A stretch of DNA of 64,000 nt from Glaucostegus cemiculus (lineage: Eukaryota): the NCBI GenBank assembly GCA_976551045.1, contig CDPCPM010000015.1, positions 1,984,001 through 2,048,000 on the forward strand, in the 5' to 3' direction. Shown here one piece after another: positions 62,958 to 64,000 of the stretch. Position 1 is the first letter of the stretch. The number at the start of each line of letters is the position of its first letter. The notes below the pieces were generated by a model that made no database searches, was not told where the DNA came from, and worked only from the letters and a program-made list of their open reading frames with translations. The position numbers were made by a program, and so were the translations under genes.

Positions 62958-64000
62958 GTTTAAACTAGTTGGGATGGGGGTTGGGAACCAGGAGGGCTGG
63001 TTGGAGGATGTAGGGATTACAGAAAAGGCAGATCTGACAAATGGAGTTGCTTTGAGGAAGGAGAAGCAGTGTACAGGCAGTAATAGTAAAAAGGTGGATA
63101 AACTAAACAGGCAAGGCAAGGGAAACCAACATGGCTTAAAGGAGGAGGTATGCAGGATCACGTCGACGTGTACTGAAGATGGAGAGGAGTTGCATCAAGC
63201 AGGTGATGAGGCTTTGGGGAGGGAGGGGCAGGATGAGGGATATAAAAGGGTTAAATTGGATGGGTTAAAGTGTGTTTACTTTAATGCGAGAAGTGTTAGG
63301 AATAAGGGTGATGAATTGAGGGCTTGGATAGGTATGGGGGATTATGATATTGTAGCCATAACTGAGACGTGGCTGTCGTCAGGGCAGGAGTGGGTATTGA
63401 ACATTCCTGGTTTTCAGTGTTTTAAAAAGGATAGGGAGGGGGGGAGAAGAGGAGGAGGGGTGGCGATATTGGTCAGAGATGATGTTACGGCTGCGGAAAG
63501 GGCTGAGTTTGCGGAAGGATCCTCTTTCGAGTCGGTGTGGGTGGAAGTGAGGAATAGGAAAAGTGTGGTTACGCTGCTGGGAGTATACTATAGGCCCCCA
63601 GGTAGCAGTAGGGATATAGAGGAGCAGATTGGCAGGCAGTGCTTGGACAGAAGCAAAGATAATAGGGTTGTAATAATGGGTGATTTCAACTTCCCGAATA
63701 TAGACTGGGACATGCTCAGTGCCAGAGGTTTGGATGGGAATGAGTTTGTTAAGTGTGTCCAGGATGGATTTCTGGAGCAGTATGTTGACAAACCGACTAG
63801 AGGGAATGCTGTGTTGGATCTGGTCTTAGGAAATGAACCGGGACAGGTGAGAGATCTACTAGTGGGTGAGCCTCTGGGAGACAGTGATCATTCCTCGATA
63901 AGCTTTAGAATTGTCATGGACAGGCATAAGTGCAGGGAGCGTAGGAAGATATTCAACTGGGGTAGGGCAGACTATGAGGCTATAAGGAAAGAGCTTGGGA
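62958..64000 (+). mobile_element. Young CR1-clade LINE, 5'-truncated near the ORF1 stop; ORF2 APE endonuclease frame open to window end
   Basis: Frame containing codon 63241 reads LKCVYFNARSVRNKGDEL..YDIVAITETWL..DREGGRRGGGVAILVR..LLGVYYRPP..VIMGDFNFPNIDW..PTRGNAVLDLVL..LGDSDH. No stop from 62902 to 64000. Confidence 0.95.

Overview
Repeat-dense, CpG-depleted vertebrate genomic DNA. The repeat inventory (HE1/V-SINE-type SINEs, SacSINE/DeuSINE-like SINEs, CR1, Rex1/Babar, RTE, Tx1-like LINEs, Penelope-derived repeats) points to a cartilaginous fish, probably a shark or ray (inference). Only one host coding exon is recognisable with confidence: a 109-nt minus-strand exon (9605-9713) of YJEFN3, the NAXE/APOA1BP paralog. 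Its neighbouring canonical exons were not found, so most of the window is probably intronic or upstream. Also present: a tRNA-Gly(GCC) pseudogene, a young CR1 ORF2 endonuclease frame open to the window end, microsatellites and a 160-N gap. Most interesting signals: (1) a multi-copy short repeat whose core folds as a minimal, Penelope-type, dimer-dependent hammerhead ribozyme, often in inverted pairs; (2) a chain of unannotated plus-strand exon-like segments antisense to YJEFN3, including a tandemly duplicated non-3n exon that is better conserved than its flanks; (3) a cluster of co-oriented CTCF-like motifs, two of them copied by local duplication; (4) V-domain SINEs that appear to have swapped LINE partners (CR1 tail versus Rex1 tail). 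Repeat boundaries are approximate (read by eye) and no database search was run.
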